A stretch of 64,000 nt of DNA from an uncultured Rivularia sp. GTDB lineage: Bacteria; Cyanobacteriota; Cyanobacteriia; Cyanobacteriales; Nostocaceae. The DNA is taken from NCBI GenBank assembly GCA_963665115.1, contig OY762007.1, positions 2,336,001 to 2,400,000 on the forward strand, given 5' to 3'. Below, piece by piece: positions 37,881 to 49,083 of the stretch. A program made the position numbers and the translations under genes. The notes beneath the pieces are model-generated. The model saw nothing but the letters and a program-made list of their open reading frames with translations, was not told the DNA's origin and did no database searches. How positions within the stretch are numbered: position 1 is the stretch's first letter; each line of letters begins with the position of its first letter.

Positions 37881-40076
37881 ATGTTATCAGAACATCTAAT
37901 TACGATTTCCAAAGCTGAATACGAATCGATGCAGCAAAAAACCGAGCAATTGCAATCTACAGTAGATTTTTTACAAAAAAGATTGCATGGTTTAGCTGAC
38001 AATGTACCGGGGATGATTTATCAATTTTGCCTCAATCCTGATGGTACCACGTCTATACCTTATGTATCTTCAGGTTGTCAACAAATTTATGAGGTAGAAG
38101 CGCCAAAAATACAGCAACAGCCAGAAGTAATCTTCTCAATGCTGCATCCAGATGATGAAGCCCAATTTCAACAAACAATTTCAGAATCAGCCCAAACTTT
38201 ACAAAAATGGGAACAGCAATGGCGCATCACTACTCCTTCAGGTAAACAAAAATGGCTGCAAGGATTTTCTCAACCTGAATTACAAGCAGATAATTCTGTA
38301 CTTTGGTACGGTTGCGTAATTGATATTACTCAACGAAAACAAGTTGAAATTGAATTAGCCCAAATCAACGAGAAATTACAAGCAAATATACAAGAAAAAA
38401 CCTCACAATTACAAGCTTATCAACAAAGATTGCAGCGATTGGCTGATAAAGTACCGGGAATGCTTTACGAATATCGGCTTGATACAGATGGAGTCACTTC
38501 AGTACCTTATGTATCTTCCGGAAGTCGTTTGATTTATGAATTGGAGCCGCAGCAAATTCAACAAGATATAGAAATTATTGAAAAACAAATTCATCCTGAA
38601 GATTTGCTCAAAATAAAAGAAGCCATTTTGAAATCAGCCCAAACTCTTGAGCAATGGGAATATTCGTGGCGAATTACTACACCTTCTGGTAAACAAAAAT
38701 GGATACAGGGTATTTCTAAACCGACTTTAGACGAAGATGGTTCGATACTTTGGTACGGTTGTTTTATTGATATTACCAAGCGTCAGCAAATAGAAACAGA
38801 ATTGCTGGAAAAAGAAGCTGAGTATCGTCATATTTTTGAAGCAGTTACCGATGGTTTAATTATTAGCAATTTAGAAACTGGAAAAGTAGTCGCTGCAAAT
38901 TCTACAGCTTGTGAAATGCACGGTTATTCCAAAGCAGAATTTATCGGAATTCATCCTACAGTTTTCATTCATCCTCGTCACCATTATCTGTTCGTAAATT
39001 TTCTCGAAACCATATCTTCTGGGGCATCTTTTCAGGCTCAAGCAATTGATATATGTAAAGATGGTTCTGCGTTACACGTTGATGTTAAAGGAGTTAAGTG
39101 TATTTACAATGGAAAACCTCATGCTCTATCAATCGTGCGGGATATCACTCAGCGACAGCTAGCAGAAGAAAAAATTCACGAACAAACTAAAACCCTTCAA
39201 GAAGCATTAAACAAACTAAAAAATACCCAAGCCAAACTCGTACAGTCGGAGAAAATGTCATCTTTAGGGCAAATGGTAGCTGGAGTAGCTCACGAAATCA
39301 ATAACCCAGTTAACTTTATTCACGGTAATCTTAAACCTGCTTGCGAATACGTCAAAGATTTATTAGGATTGCTTGCACTTTATCAGCAACATTATCCCCA
39401 ACCACATACCGAAATTCAAACCGAAATTCAAACAATCGAACTCGATTTTATCCAAGAAGACTTAACCAAAATACTCAACTCGATGCAACAAGGTACCACC
39501 CGTATTCGAGAAATTGTTTTATCGCTGCGGAATTTTTCCCGATTGGATGAAGCCGATTTTAAGAAAGTGAATATCCATGAAGGTATCGATTCTACCTTGA
39601 TGATTTTAAATAACCGTCTTAAGTCAAAACCAGGTAATCCCGAAATACAGATTATTAGACAATACGAGACTTCATTACCTTTGATAGAATGTTACCCAGG
39701 GCAACTAAATCAAGTATTCATGAATATTTTAGTTAACTCCATTGATGCATTAGAAGATAGGATAAAAAATAATAATTCCTTCAATTCTCAAATTACTATT
39801 AAGACCAAATTAATTAAATCAAATTTTATTAGAATTAGTATTGCCGATAACGGTGGTGGAATTCCTAGCAGCATTCAAAATAAACTATTCGATCCCTTTT
39901 TTACCACCAAAGAAGTCGGAAAAGGTACCGGATTAGGATTATCTATCAGCTATCAAATCGTAGTTGAAAAACACCGTGGAAAACTTTGTTGCAACTCTAA
40001 ACTAAACAAAGGAACCAAATTTATCATTGAAATACCAGTTTTTCAGGTTGAAGGTCAAAGGTCAAAGGTATTATAG
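37881..40076 (+). CDS. Cytoplasmic PAS-PAS-PAS sensor histidine kinase
   Basis: Two near-duplicate PAS_3 domains (VPGM.Y, HP.D, WRITTPSGKQKW), a third PAS, H-box VAHEINNP and HATPase motifs. ATG at 37881 preferred over the upstream TTG. Confidence 0.93.
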   Translation: MLSEHLITISKAEYESMQQKTEQLQSTVDFLQKRLHGLADNVPGMIYQFCLNPDGTTSIPYVSSGCQQIYEVEAPKIQQQPEVIFSMLHPDDEAQFQQTISESAQTLQKWEQQWRITTPSGKQKWLQGFSQPELQADNSVLWYGCVIDITQRKQVEIELAQINEKLQANIQEKTSQLQAYQQRLQRLADKVPGMLYEYRLDTDGVTSVPYVSSGSRLIYELEPQQIQQDIEIIEKQIHPEDLLKIKEAILKSAQTLEQWEYSWRITTPSGKQKWIQGISKPTLDEDGSILWYGCFIDITKRQQIETELLEKEAEYRHIFEAVTDGLIISNLETGKVVAANSTACEMHGYSKAEFIGIHPTVFIHPRHHYLFVNFLETISSGASFQAQAIDICKDGSALHVDVKGVKCIYNGKPHALSIVRDITQRQLAEEKIHEQTKTLQEALNKLKNTQAKLVQSEKMSSLGQMVAGVAHEINNPVNFIHGNLKPACEYVKDLLGLLALYQQHYPQPHTEIQTEIQTIELDFIQEDLTKILNSMQQGTTRIREIVLSLRNFSRLDEADFKKVNIHEGIDSTLMILNNRLKSKPGNPEIQIIRQYETSLPLIECYPGQLNQVFMNILVNSIDALEDRIKNNNSFNSQITIKTKLIKSNFIRISIADNGGGIPSSIQNKLFDPFFTTKEVGKGTGLGLSISYQIVVEKHRGKLCCNSKLNKGTKFIIEIPVFQVEGQRSKVL

Positions 40077-40250
40077 ATGATAATTACTGTTTTTCAGGTT
40101 AGAGGTTAAAGGTCAAAGGTCGAAGGTATTATAGATGATAATTACTAACTCCTAACTTATAATCTTTAAATCGCGCCTACTCCATACTCAATTACCAATT
40201 ACCAATTACCAATTACCCATTCGCAATGCCCAATCCCCAAATCTTGAATC

Positions 40251-41582
40251 ATGACTAATCAGCAAGAAACCCATTTAAACCGCGCTCGTGCTAGCCTCAG
40301 ACAGGCTTTGTCATGGTATGGTAATTTGCGTAAACCGGGATTTGATTCGGAGTTAGCGGGTTTGGTGAAGCCGGAAATACAGCTTTTAACGGCTAATTTG
40401 AATAAGCTCGATTACAACGTGATTCGTATCGCTGCTTTTGGATTGGTGAGTCGGGGGAAGTCTGCGGTTTTGAATGCGTTGATGGGACAAAAAGTGTTGG
40501 AAACGGGGCCACTTAATGGTGTTACTCAATACCCCCGCTCTATCCGCTGGAATCCCGGTGGCAAGGTAGAAGTCGAATTAATTGATACTCCTGGACTAGA
40601 TGAAATTGCTGGAGAAGCACGGGGACAAATGGCGCGGGAAGTTACCCGTCAAGCCGATTTAATTTTGTTTGTTGTTTCCGGTGATATTACTCGCACTGAA
40701 TATGAGGCACTGTTGGATTTACGGCAGGCGCAAAAACCGCTAATTTTGGTATTTAATAAAATAGATTTATATCCCGATACCGATAAAACAGCGATTTACA
40801 GCAATTTACAACAATTAGCTGCGGGAACTTCGGCTAAACCTCTAAAACCCGACGAAATAGTCATGGTAGCTGCCGAACCCGCACCGATGGAAGTTAGAGT
40901 GGAATATGCGGATGGTACGGAGGATTATGAATGGGAAACTTTACCACCGCAAATAGAAGAGCTTCAACAAACAATTTTGAAAATTCTTAACCGTGAAGGG
41001 CGATCGCTGTTATCGTTGAATGCTTTGGTACAAGCAAGAGATGCTGAAGAATCCATTGCATATAAAACAATAGAATTACGAGAAAAAGAAGCAGAAGATT
41101 TGATTTGGCAGTATACCAAATATAAAGCATTGACAGTAGGTTTAAATCCTATCGCTTTCTTAGATATATGTGGCGGAATCGTGGCTGATTTGGCGTTAAT
41201 TCGTTCCTTATCTAAGCTTTATGGTTTACCGATGACGGGTTATAAAGCCGGAAAGCTATTGAAAAGCATCTTGTTTAGCTCCGGTGGTTTACTGTTAGGA
41301 GAATTGGGAAGCAGCTTTCTTTTAGGATTTGGAAAAAGCGCGATCGCAATTTCTTCCGGTGAAAATCCTCTTAATATTACCGGATTTGCAGCAACCGCCG
41401 CCACGCAAGCAGGTATCGCCGGTTACGGTGCTTATTCCGTAGGTAAAGCTGCTCAAGCTTATTTAGAAAAAGGCTGCTCTTGGGGTGAATTAGGGGTTAG
41501 CAATGTGATAGAAGAAATATTGCGCGAAGTGGAACCGGATACTATTTTGTATCGTTTGCAGCAGGAATTAGGGAATTGGTAA
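40251..41582 (+). CDS. Era-like GTPase with DUF697 domain
   Basis: FGLVSRGKS, DTPGLDE, NKID; C-terminal NPI...D..GG and hydrophobic Gly-rich region. Confidence 0.9.
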   Translation: MTNQQETHLNRARASLRQALSWYGNLRKPGFDSELAGLVKPEIQLLTANLNKLDYNVIRIAAFGLVSRGKSAVLNALMGQKVLETGPLNGVTQYPRSIRWNPGGKVEVELIDTPGLDEIAGEARGQMAREVTRQADLILFVVSGDITRTEYEALLDLRQAQKPLILVFNKIDLYPDTDKTAIYSNLQQLAAGTSAKPLKPDEIVMVAAEPAPMEVRVEYADGTEDYEWETLPPQIEELQQTILKILNREGRSLLSLNALVQARDAEESIAYKTIELREKEAEDLIWQYTKYKALTVGLNPIAFLDICGGIVADLALIRSLSKLYGLPMTGYKAGKLLKSILFSSGGLLLGELGSSFLLGFGKSAIAISSGENPLNITGFAATAATQAGIAGYGAYSVGKAAQAYLEKGCSWGELGVSNVIEEILREVEPDTILYRLQQELGNW

Positions 41583-41671
41583 TGGGTAATTGGTAATTGG
41601 TAATTGGTAATTGATAATTGATAATCGATGATCCACACCCTCCGGGTGAAAATTAATAATTCTCAAAACAT

Positions 41672-42425
41672 TTACTGAACCGTAAAACCACCATCAACTA
41701 TCAGATTTTGTCCGGTAATATAAGAAGCACCATCCGAGCATAGCCACACAACTGCATTGGCTATTTCTTCTGCTGTACCCGCTCGTTTGAGTGGAATAGT
41801 ATCAATCATTTCTTGGAGAACTTCTTCTGAAACATTTGAAAGAATATCGGTATCAATTAATCCAGGACTAATGGCATTTATACGAATTCCCTGCTCTGCA
41901 AATTCCAAAGATGCCGATTTAGTTAACCCAAAAACCCCAGCCTTTGCAGCGTTGTAGCTAGAAAGTCCGGGAACGCCAACTACAGCACCACCCATTGATG
42001 CCGTGTTAACTATTGCACCTCCCCCGGTTTGTAGCATTGCCGGAATCTGATATTTAAGACACAGCCATACAGCTTTGAGATTAACATCGGTTTCGGCATC
42101 CCATTCGGATTCTGAGCGTTCGAGTAAAGGTATTGATTTACCAAAACCTGCATTGTTGCAAGCGTAATCAAGACGGTTGTATGTCTCTAAAGTTTTATTT
42201 ACCAAGTTTTCGATTTGCTCGGTAACAGTTACGTCTGTTTTAACAAATATACCTTGACTACCAGCAGCCTCAATCTCACGAAACTGTTTCCTCACCTTCG
42301 GCTTCTCGTCTAGCGGCTACAACCACCTTGGCACCAGAAGAAGCAAAGGCGATCGCACAAGCTCTACCAATTCCAGAACTACCACCAGTTACAATTGCAA
42401 CTTTTCCGTTCAGATCTTGTGACAT
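41672..42425 (-). pseudogene. SDR family oxidoreductase with a one-base frameshift (pseudogene or assembly error)
   Basis: The ATG at 42425 gives MSQDLNGKVAIVTGGSSGIG...EETV. One extra T at 42281-42283 separates it from REIEAAG...NNAG...YNAAK...VDGG. Confidence 0.88.
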
Positions 42426-42459
42426 ATTGTATAGACTCTCTACTTCAGCTTTTAAATCG

Positions 42460-43182
42460 TTATAATTCTTGATCGGATGGACGTACTACAATCTCGTTAA
42501 CAGCTACCTCCGGAGGTTGCTCGATCGCATAACGTACTGCTCGACTAATGGCAGATGCTGGAATATGGCTAAAACTTTCACTAATTTGGCTGGATGTTTT
42601 CTCGTCATTACTTACCTCGGCTAATTCGCTTTCAACTGCACCAGGATAAATAATAGTCACTCTTACTTTTCCTAACGTCTCTTTACGCAAGCTCTCGCTA
42701 ATAGCTTTGACGGCAAACTTAGTACCGCAATAGACGGCGAAATTGGGCATGGCTTGAAGTGAAGCAATTGAACCGATGTTAATAATATGACCGCTACCGC
42801 TATCGAGCATATGAGGAAGCACCGCAGCAATTCCGTGTAAAACACCACGAATGTTAATATCAATCGCTTTATTCCAGTCATCAACCTTCAGATCGATTAA
42901 TGGACTAACTGGCATGACTCCAGCGTTATTAATCAAAACATCGACTTTACCAAAGCGCTCTAAAGCAGCCTTTGCCATTGCTTGCATCTGTTGGACATCG
43001 GTAACGTCGGTAACGTGATAAGCAACGCCATCTCCCAACTCTTGCGCTAGAGATTTAAGTCGTTCTTCCCGACGTGCTGCTAACATTACTTTGCAACCAC
43101 TCGATCGCAATTCTCTAGCAATTGCTTCCCCAATACCACTGCTCGCACCCGTAACAATTACAACTTTGTTTTCCAAACTCAT
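42460..43182 (-). CDS. SDR family oxidoreductase (NADP-dependent, YdfG-like)
   Basis: TGASSGIG, NNAG, YCGTK, EIVVRP. Confidence 0.93.
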   Translation of the reverse strand: MSLENKVVIVTGASSGIGEAIARELRSSGCKVMLAARREERLKSLAQELGDGVAYHVTDVTDVQQMQAMAKAALERFGKVDVLINNAGVMPVSPLIDLKVDDWNKAIDINIRGVLHGIAAVLPHMLDSGSGHIINIGSIASLQAMPNFAVYCGTKFAVKAISESLRKETLGKVRVTIIYPGAVESELAEVSNDEKTSSQISESFSHIPASAISRAVRYAIEQPPEVAVNEIVVRPSDQEL

Positions 43183-43212
43183 GATATTTTCTTCCTAAAT
43201 AATGTATCTTTT

Positions 43213-43395
43213 CTACTGTGCTAAATAACCGCCATCTACTGCTAATGTTGTACCCGTCACAAAAGACGCAGCATCCGAGCAAAGCCAAATAACTGCTTCT
43301 GCAACCTCTCGCGACGTTCCCATTCTGTTCATTGGTACGAAAGTAGAAATGTAATTCTCTAATACTTCTTTGCTAGAAGTGCCTCTATCTGGCAT
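43213..43395 (-). pseudogene. C-terminal remnant of a third SDR oxidoreductase
   Basis: PMNRMG...[25 protein letters not shown]; the Rossmann and catalytic regions are absent. Confidence 0.8.
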
Positions 43396-43401
43396 CCCGA
43401 T

Positions 43402-43695
43402 TTATGACTTAGCAAACAACGATTCCAACCCCGTATATGGTTTAAGCGGTAAAACTTCTATTTTTAATACTCCAGCTTTCACCATTGGAAATTCTTCTAC
43501 TATTTTCTGCATCGCTGATAAACTTTCGGCTTCGCACATCAACACTGCACCACTCATATCTGCTATGTAGTGAATCGAACGGACAACATCAGCAGAATAT
43601 TTTTCCCATACTTTTTGTGCTTCTGCTTGCACGTGAGGTTTAGCTTGCTTTGCTGTGATATCTTTCGGGATTCTTCCAATTAATAGAAATTGCAT
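43402..43695 (-). CDS. Small dimeric alpha/beta-barrel protein (muconolactone isomerase/YciI-like)
   Basis: EA..VWE.Y....VRSI.Y..D..GAVL..EAES........FP.VKAG.L..EV.PL.PY. ATG at 43695. Confidence 0.7.
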   Translation of the reverse strand: MQFLLIGRIPKDITAKQAKPHVQAEAQKVWEKYSADVVRSIHYIADMSGAVLMCEAESLSAMQKIVEEFPMVKAGVLKIEVLPLKPYTGLESLFAKS

Positions 43696-43860
43696 GATGC
43701 TTCTAAAATAATGGTGTTGGTTAATCAAAATACTGGAGACGTAGCACTGCTACGTCTCTACATCGATTTCGTGTTTGATACAGATTAAAAAATAAGTAAA
43801 ATAACTGCCTCGTTACTATCTATGTAATTCAGCTTAAACTAATTCAGCTTATTAAATCTT

Positions 43861-43893
43861 GCACGTTATTGCTTTAATTAGCACATTATTGCT
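43861..43893 (-). promoter_or_regulatory. Putative AraC-type tandem half-sites upstream of the SDR operon
   Basis: gcacgttattgct / gcacattattgct direct repeat with 20-bp period; AraC gene nearby. Confidence 0.55.
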
Positions 43894-43944
43894 GTGAGGA
43901 AGGATATTGTTTTAAAATGAAAATAAAGTAAAGGGAAAAGACTC

Positions 43945-44553
43945 TTGAATCAGACATTAATACTAAAAGAAAAGTTACAGACTCTCTTAGAGGAAATTAC
44001 TTCTGAAGATGATTCACCCGTAACCAATTTGACTTTGGATAAAACCTTAGTTGAAGAAATTGAGCAGTTAACTACAAAAGTAGAAGAAGTTAACCCCAAT
44101 CCCCAACCGTTACTTAATGCAATTGATTTATTAAATGGAAAGTGGTTATTACAATACTCTACAGCAAGAGAAATTCGTTCTTTATCTTCTCTGCCATTGG
44201 GTTTAAAAATCGGGAAAGTTTATCAAGAAATTGATGTTGCAAATAAATCGTTTTCTAATCTAGCTTTTGTTAAACATCCTTGGGGATTAGTATCCGGAAG
44301 CGTTAAAGTTACAGCAACTTTTGAGCCAGCAGAAGATGAAACCAACAAACGCATCAACGTAAACTTTAATAAAAGATTCCTTTCAATTGAGAAACTTATC
44401 GGTATTCAAACTCCAAAACTGAATCCATTTAAAGTTGTTCAAGCTAAAAATCCTCAAGGTAGAATTCCTACTCTTGACGTTACATACTTAGATGAAACAT
44501 TAAGAATCGGCAGAGGAGGAGATGGAAGTTTATTTATTTTGAAGCGTGCTTAA
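43945..44553 (+). CDS. PAP/fibrillin family protein
   Basis: LL.GKW.L.YST, GKVYQEID, LDVTYLDETLRIGRG..GSLFIL. Confidence 0.9.
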   Translation: MNQTLILKEKLQTLLEEITSEDDSPVTNLTLDKTLVEEIEQLTTKVEEVNPNPQPLLNAIDLLNGKWLLQYSTAREIRSLSSLPLGLKIGKVYQEIDVANKSFSNLAFVKHPWGLVSGSVKVTATFEPAEDETNKRINVNFNKRFLSIEKLIGIQTPKLNPFKVVQAKNPQGRIPTLDVTYLDETLRIGRGGDGSLFILKRA

Positions 44554-45434
44554 TTATTTTGTTCGACAAATACTTTGGGAGTAATTCCTAACCAACGTTT
44601 AAAATGGCGATTGAGATGGCTTTGATGAGAAAATCCCACAATATAAGCAACTTGAGCAATTGTTAAATCACCTTGCAATAGCAATTGTTTAGCACGCTCT
44701 ACCCTAGTACAAATAATATATTGACGAGGAGGTAAACCAGTAGATTTTTTAAATTGACGAGCAAAATGATACGGACTAATTTCTACTAACGATGCTAATT
44801 CCTGCAAACTCAAATCTTTGTTTAAATCATCATTAATATACTCAACTATTTTATTTAGCTTGCGTTTTCCCAACCCACCTTGAAATTCTTTTAAAGGTTT
44901 TTCTTGAGTAGAATAATTTTTTATTAAATGTACCGACAAAAAATTTATTAATGACTCTAGATATAATTTGTCAGAATTGCCTGCTTGCAATTCAGAGCGC
45001 AAAGTCAAACCTAACTGTCGAATTAATCCATCTTCTGCCGTCCAATTTTCAAGAATTTCTAAATTACTACCGCGATATTCATCAGTAGCATTAGTAATAA
45101 TTTTTGTATCTAAGTAAATTGCTAGCAACTCTGATTCTTTTTCCCAAAAAACCTCTCGTTCTAAATCGGGTGGAACAATTGATACCTGTTCTTTGCCGAT
45201 AGATAAAGTTTGTTTATTTCCAATTGTACTTTGAGGACGTACTTTAATTAAAGAATCCCCAATAGGTACAGCTATTTTTATTTGTGATGTACTGTGTTCC
45301 GAGAAATACCTTTTAGGAATATAAGAATTGCTAATTTTTACGCCATCAATATGTAGCGTTTTATCCCATATATGTTGTGAGGTATTGGCTTCTTTCTCTA
45401 AAGTCGTCACGGCAGCGAATGTTGATAGCAGCAA
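44550..45434 (-). CDS. AraC family transcriptional regulator
   Basis: LSL.ELA...ISPYHFARQFKKSTG.PP.QY, GFSHQSHLNRHFKR..G.TP; start uncertain. Confidence 0.93.
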   Translation of the reverse strand: MLLSTFAAVTTLEKEANTSQHIWDKTLHIDGVKISNSYIPKRYFSEHSTSQIKIAVPIGDSLIKVRPQSTIGNKQTLSIGKEQVSIVPPDLEREVFWEKESELLAIYLDTKIITNATDEYRGSNLEILENWTAEDGLIRQLGLTLRSELQAGNSDKLYLESLINFLSVHLIKNYSTQEKPLKEFQGGLGKRKLNKIVEYINDDLNKDLSLQELASLVEISPYHFARQFKKSTGLPPRQYIICTRVERAKQLLLQGDLTIAQVAYIVGFSHQSHLNRHFKRWLGITPKVFVEQNN

Positions 45435-45590
45435 TAATAAAATTAGAATAACTTTTTATTGCCGTTATGGATAGTAGGAGAGGTGGGGAGATGGAGAGAT
45501 AGGGAGAATAATTAATAATTCCTAACTCCTTACTTGCTACTCGCTACTTGCTACTCATAACTCATAACTCCTAACTCCTAACTAATAATT

Positions 45591-46031
45591 ATGAATACCA
45601 ATCAACGACAGCGCTATCAACAAATAATTTTATCCCACGCCAGAAAACCACAGCATAAAGGTAAAACTAATCCCATACATCGCCAAAATCAAGGTGAAAA
45701 TCCCTATTGCGGCGATAAAGTTGAATTAACCTTAATGCTAGATGAAACAGAAACAAAAATCGAAGATATCAAATTTGAAGGTGCCGGATGTGCTTTATGT
45801 TTGGCTTCTGCCGATTTAATGGCTGGTGCCGTTAAGAGTAAAGATGTATCGAAAGCGCTATTAATGGTAGAAGATTTTCGCAAGATGGTAATGGGAGAAA
45901 CTGAATTTAAACCACCTTTAGAAAAACTCAATATTATGCAAAGCGTTTCTCAATTTCCCATGCGGGTTAAATGCGTTACCTTGGCTTGGCATACTTTAAA
46001 AGGAGCTTTGGCTGGGGTAGAGAAAATATAA
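45591..46031 (+). CDS. sufU: SufU/IscU-like Fe-S assembly protein
   Basis: YQQIIL.H...P, NPYCGD, GCALCLASA, RVKC.TLAWH. Confidence 0.85.
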   Translation: MNTNQRQRYQQIILSHARKPQHKGKTNPIHRQNQGENPYCGDKVELTLMLDETETKIEDIKFEGAGCALCLASADLMAGAVKSKDVSKALLMVEDFRKMVMGETEFKPPLEKLNIMQSVSQFPMRVKCVTLAWHTLKGALAGVEKI

Positions 46032-46091
46032 ATGCTACAAGTTAAGTATTTTTTCGCTACCATCTAAATAATTTTTACGACAAAGCGAGCC

Positions 46092-48825
46092 ATGACAGGA
46101 AAGGTGAGGAAATTTCTTGCTAGAGACATTTGGGAAGTATTTAAAAAGCCAACCAGTACCATAGAAACAGGTGCAGAAGTAGGTAAAACTGGCTTGGAAT
46201 TAGCTCTAGCTATCGGTTTGCTGGGTTCTCCAATTGCACCTGCTGGAATTGCGATCGCAGGACTTTCTTGTGTGGGTTTGACAAATAAAGGGATTAAGTT
46301 TTATCTAGATAAGACAAAAGAGCAGCCAACTTTAGAGGAATGTGTAGTGTTGACATCTCGGTTGGCTTATTTGGAAAGTTTAGATAATATAATTCGCACT
46401 ATAAAAGACGAAAATTTAATAAATAAAATTCGGAATATACAGGCTTCCGAGGAATTACAGCAACGTACAGACGATTTACAGCTTACCGATACCGAAGCCA
46501 GAAAAGCGATTACCTGTTTCCGAGAAACGAAATTAGCAGAGGATTCAAATAGGCATTTATCATTTTTATTGAAAAAAGCAGGAATAACCAAACACGAAGC
46601 TGATATTATCACCCAGCGAGTTGCTTGCAATACTCAGCGATATATGAATCAAGCTTTAGCTGAGGTGGGAGATACAGTTAAATCTTTGTCAGGGATATTT
46701 AGCGATGGTTATCGTCAGGAATTGGAAAAATATCACAGCATTGACGATTATTTAGAAAATCATATTGCAACAAAACCTAAAGAAAAAGTCTTTGCAGAAA
46801 ATTTCGCGTTCCAAGATATTTACGTTCCTTTAAAAGCACAACCTTTAGATAAAAACGGTGACGAAGAGGAAAAACAGCAACCTGTTGATTTAGAGACTTG
46901 GGTAAAAGAATTACTGCAAAACCCAGATAAACAAGACAAAGTAATATTTATTCAAGGTAGCCCCGGACGTGGTAAAAGTGTATCATGTCGGATGATAGCC
47001 GATTTGGTAAGGCAGAATTTTTACCCGATTTGGATTCCCATTTTAATTCGCTTGCGGGATATTAGAACATTAGAGAAAAATTTTGAAAATACCTTAAAAG
47101 CCGCAGTTGATAGAGATTTTGCTGCCAATGATGATGGTTGGTTAACCGATAAGAATATCCGCTATTTGTTTTTACTTGATGGTTTTGACGAATTATTAAT
47201 GCAAGGAAGAACCACAGGTGGTTTAGAAGAATTTCTCAAACAGGTAGGAAGTTTTCAAGAAAGCTGTAACAGAAACCCCGAAAAAGCTCATCGAGTATTA
47301 ATTACAGGACGAACTTTGGCATTGCAAAGCATCGAAAGGAATATGCCAGCGAACTTGGAAAGAGTCAAAATACTTCCGATGGATGGGGAAGTTCAGCAGC
47401 AATGGTTTCGCAAATGGGAAGCACAAGTTGGTACAGATGAAATCATGGCTTTCCAGCAGTTTTTGCACGATGATAACTGTCCCGAAAGAGTAAGGGAACT
47501 AGCACAAGAACCATTATTGCTTTATTTACTCGCAGCAATGCACCGCGATGGTGAATTAACACCACAAACATTTGCTCAGAGTAGCGGAACCCAAGCCAAA
47601 ATTTTGATTTATCAGAAGTCTTTAGATTGGGTATTAACAAAACAACGTCCGGAAGGGTTACAGCGAGACATAACAGAACAAGATGCCGAAGATTTACGTC
47701 GCATTCTTACTGAAGCTGGTTTATGCGTCATGCAATCTGGTGGCGAATGTGCGCTGATGTCAATGATCGAACAGCGTCTTAAAGGAGATGAGACAGCAAA
47801 ACAGTTTTTAGAACAGGCAAGGGGACGTATCGGTGAAAATCCCCTTCGGAATGCACTAGCAGCTTTTTATCTCCAACCGGGAAGAAAAACGGGTTCGGTA
47901 GAATTTGCACATAAAAGTTTTAGTGAATTTTTATTTGCCGAACGTTTAAAGGAAAGTTTGGAAAGTTGGACGGAAACCGGGAAGGAAGGGAAGAGGTTTT
48001 CTCATCCAAGAAGAACAGATGCATTGGGAAATTTATGATTTGTTGGGTTACGGTGGTTTGACACCTGAAGTTGTGGAATATTTGATGAGTTTGGTTACGG
48101 AAAGTGATGAAATTCCTCTCGTTAAACTTTTTCAACGTTTAGATGACTTTTATCAACGCTGGTGTGATGGAGAATTTATTGATGCTTATACAGAAACTCT
48201 TCCCCAGAAGAAATCACGACAGTTGCACGAACAAGGTATTGAATTAGGACAGCGACAAGTTGATATTTATGCTGGTTTGAATGCGATGATTTTGCTGTTG
48301 GAGTTGAATCGGTATGCACGGGGAAGGGATGATTTGTGGAAAATTGCTTTTTATCCTTCGGGGCAATCGGAAGATAGATATACTTTGCAAATGTATAGAA
48401 TAATTTCTTACTGTAAAGCAGTTCAGGCAGAAATTTTTCATAAATTAATTAAACGATATCTCACGGATGTAGACCTCAGCCATGTATACCTTAGACGCAT
48501 AGACCTAAGCTTCGCAAATCTAAGTTATGCAAGCCTAAATCAAGCATATCTTAATGGTATAGACCTTAGCAACGCAGACCTTAGTAGAGCCGATTTAAGC
48601 AGTGCATATCTTGGCGATGCATACCTTAGCGGAGCATATTTAAGAGGTGCAGACTTCAGTAATGCATACCTGAATGGCGTAGATTTTAGTCACGCAAATT
48701 TAAGTGATGATATTTATGGTGATATTTGTTGGGATGAAAATACCAAATGGGAAGGTGTACAGGGATTGGAAACAGCAATTAATGTACCCGAAGCACTAAA
48801 GAAACAGTTGGGACTCTCAGAATAA
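46092..48825 (+). pseudogene. NACHT NTPase with C-terminal pentapeptide repeats, split by a one-base frameshift near 47974-48000
   Basis: GSPGRGKS, LFLLDGFDE, EPLLL, FAHKSF.EF. Deleting one base gives ...WTEPGRKGRGFLIQEEQMHWEIYDLLGYG, joining to the A(D/N)LS pentapeptide repeats. Confidence 0.85.
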
Positions 48826-48848
48826 TTTGTAATTTTCTTAATTAATTA

Positions 48849-48921
48849 GTCATTGCGAGCGAAGCGAAGCAATCGCAGTTATTGGGATTGCTTCGGTTCA
48901 CTTTGTTCCGCTCGCAATGAC
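48849..48921. repeat. Palindromic REP-like element GTCATTGCGAGCGAAGCGAAGCAATC...GATTGCTTCG...CGCTCGCAATGAC
   Basis: Long imperfect inverted repeat between convergent genes. Confidence 0.7.
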
Positions 48922-49083
48922 ATATTATTTCTCTCACATTCCAAAACGACCATTCCTCCTAACCTCTTCCCTCAGCGCTCTCCGCGCTCTCTGCGGTTTT
49001 TTTCTCCATAATCCTGTGTCCACCACAAAAACCTCACCCCGCCCTACGGGCACCCCTCTCCTTGTCAAGGAGAAGGGAAAAGA

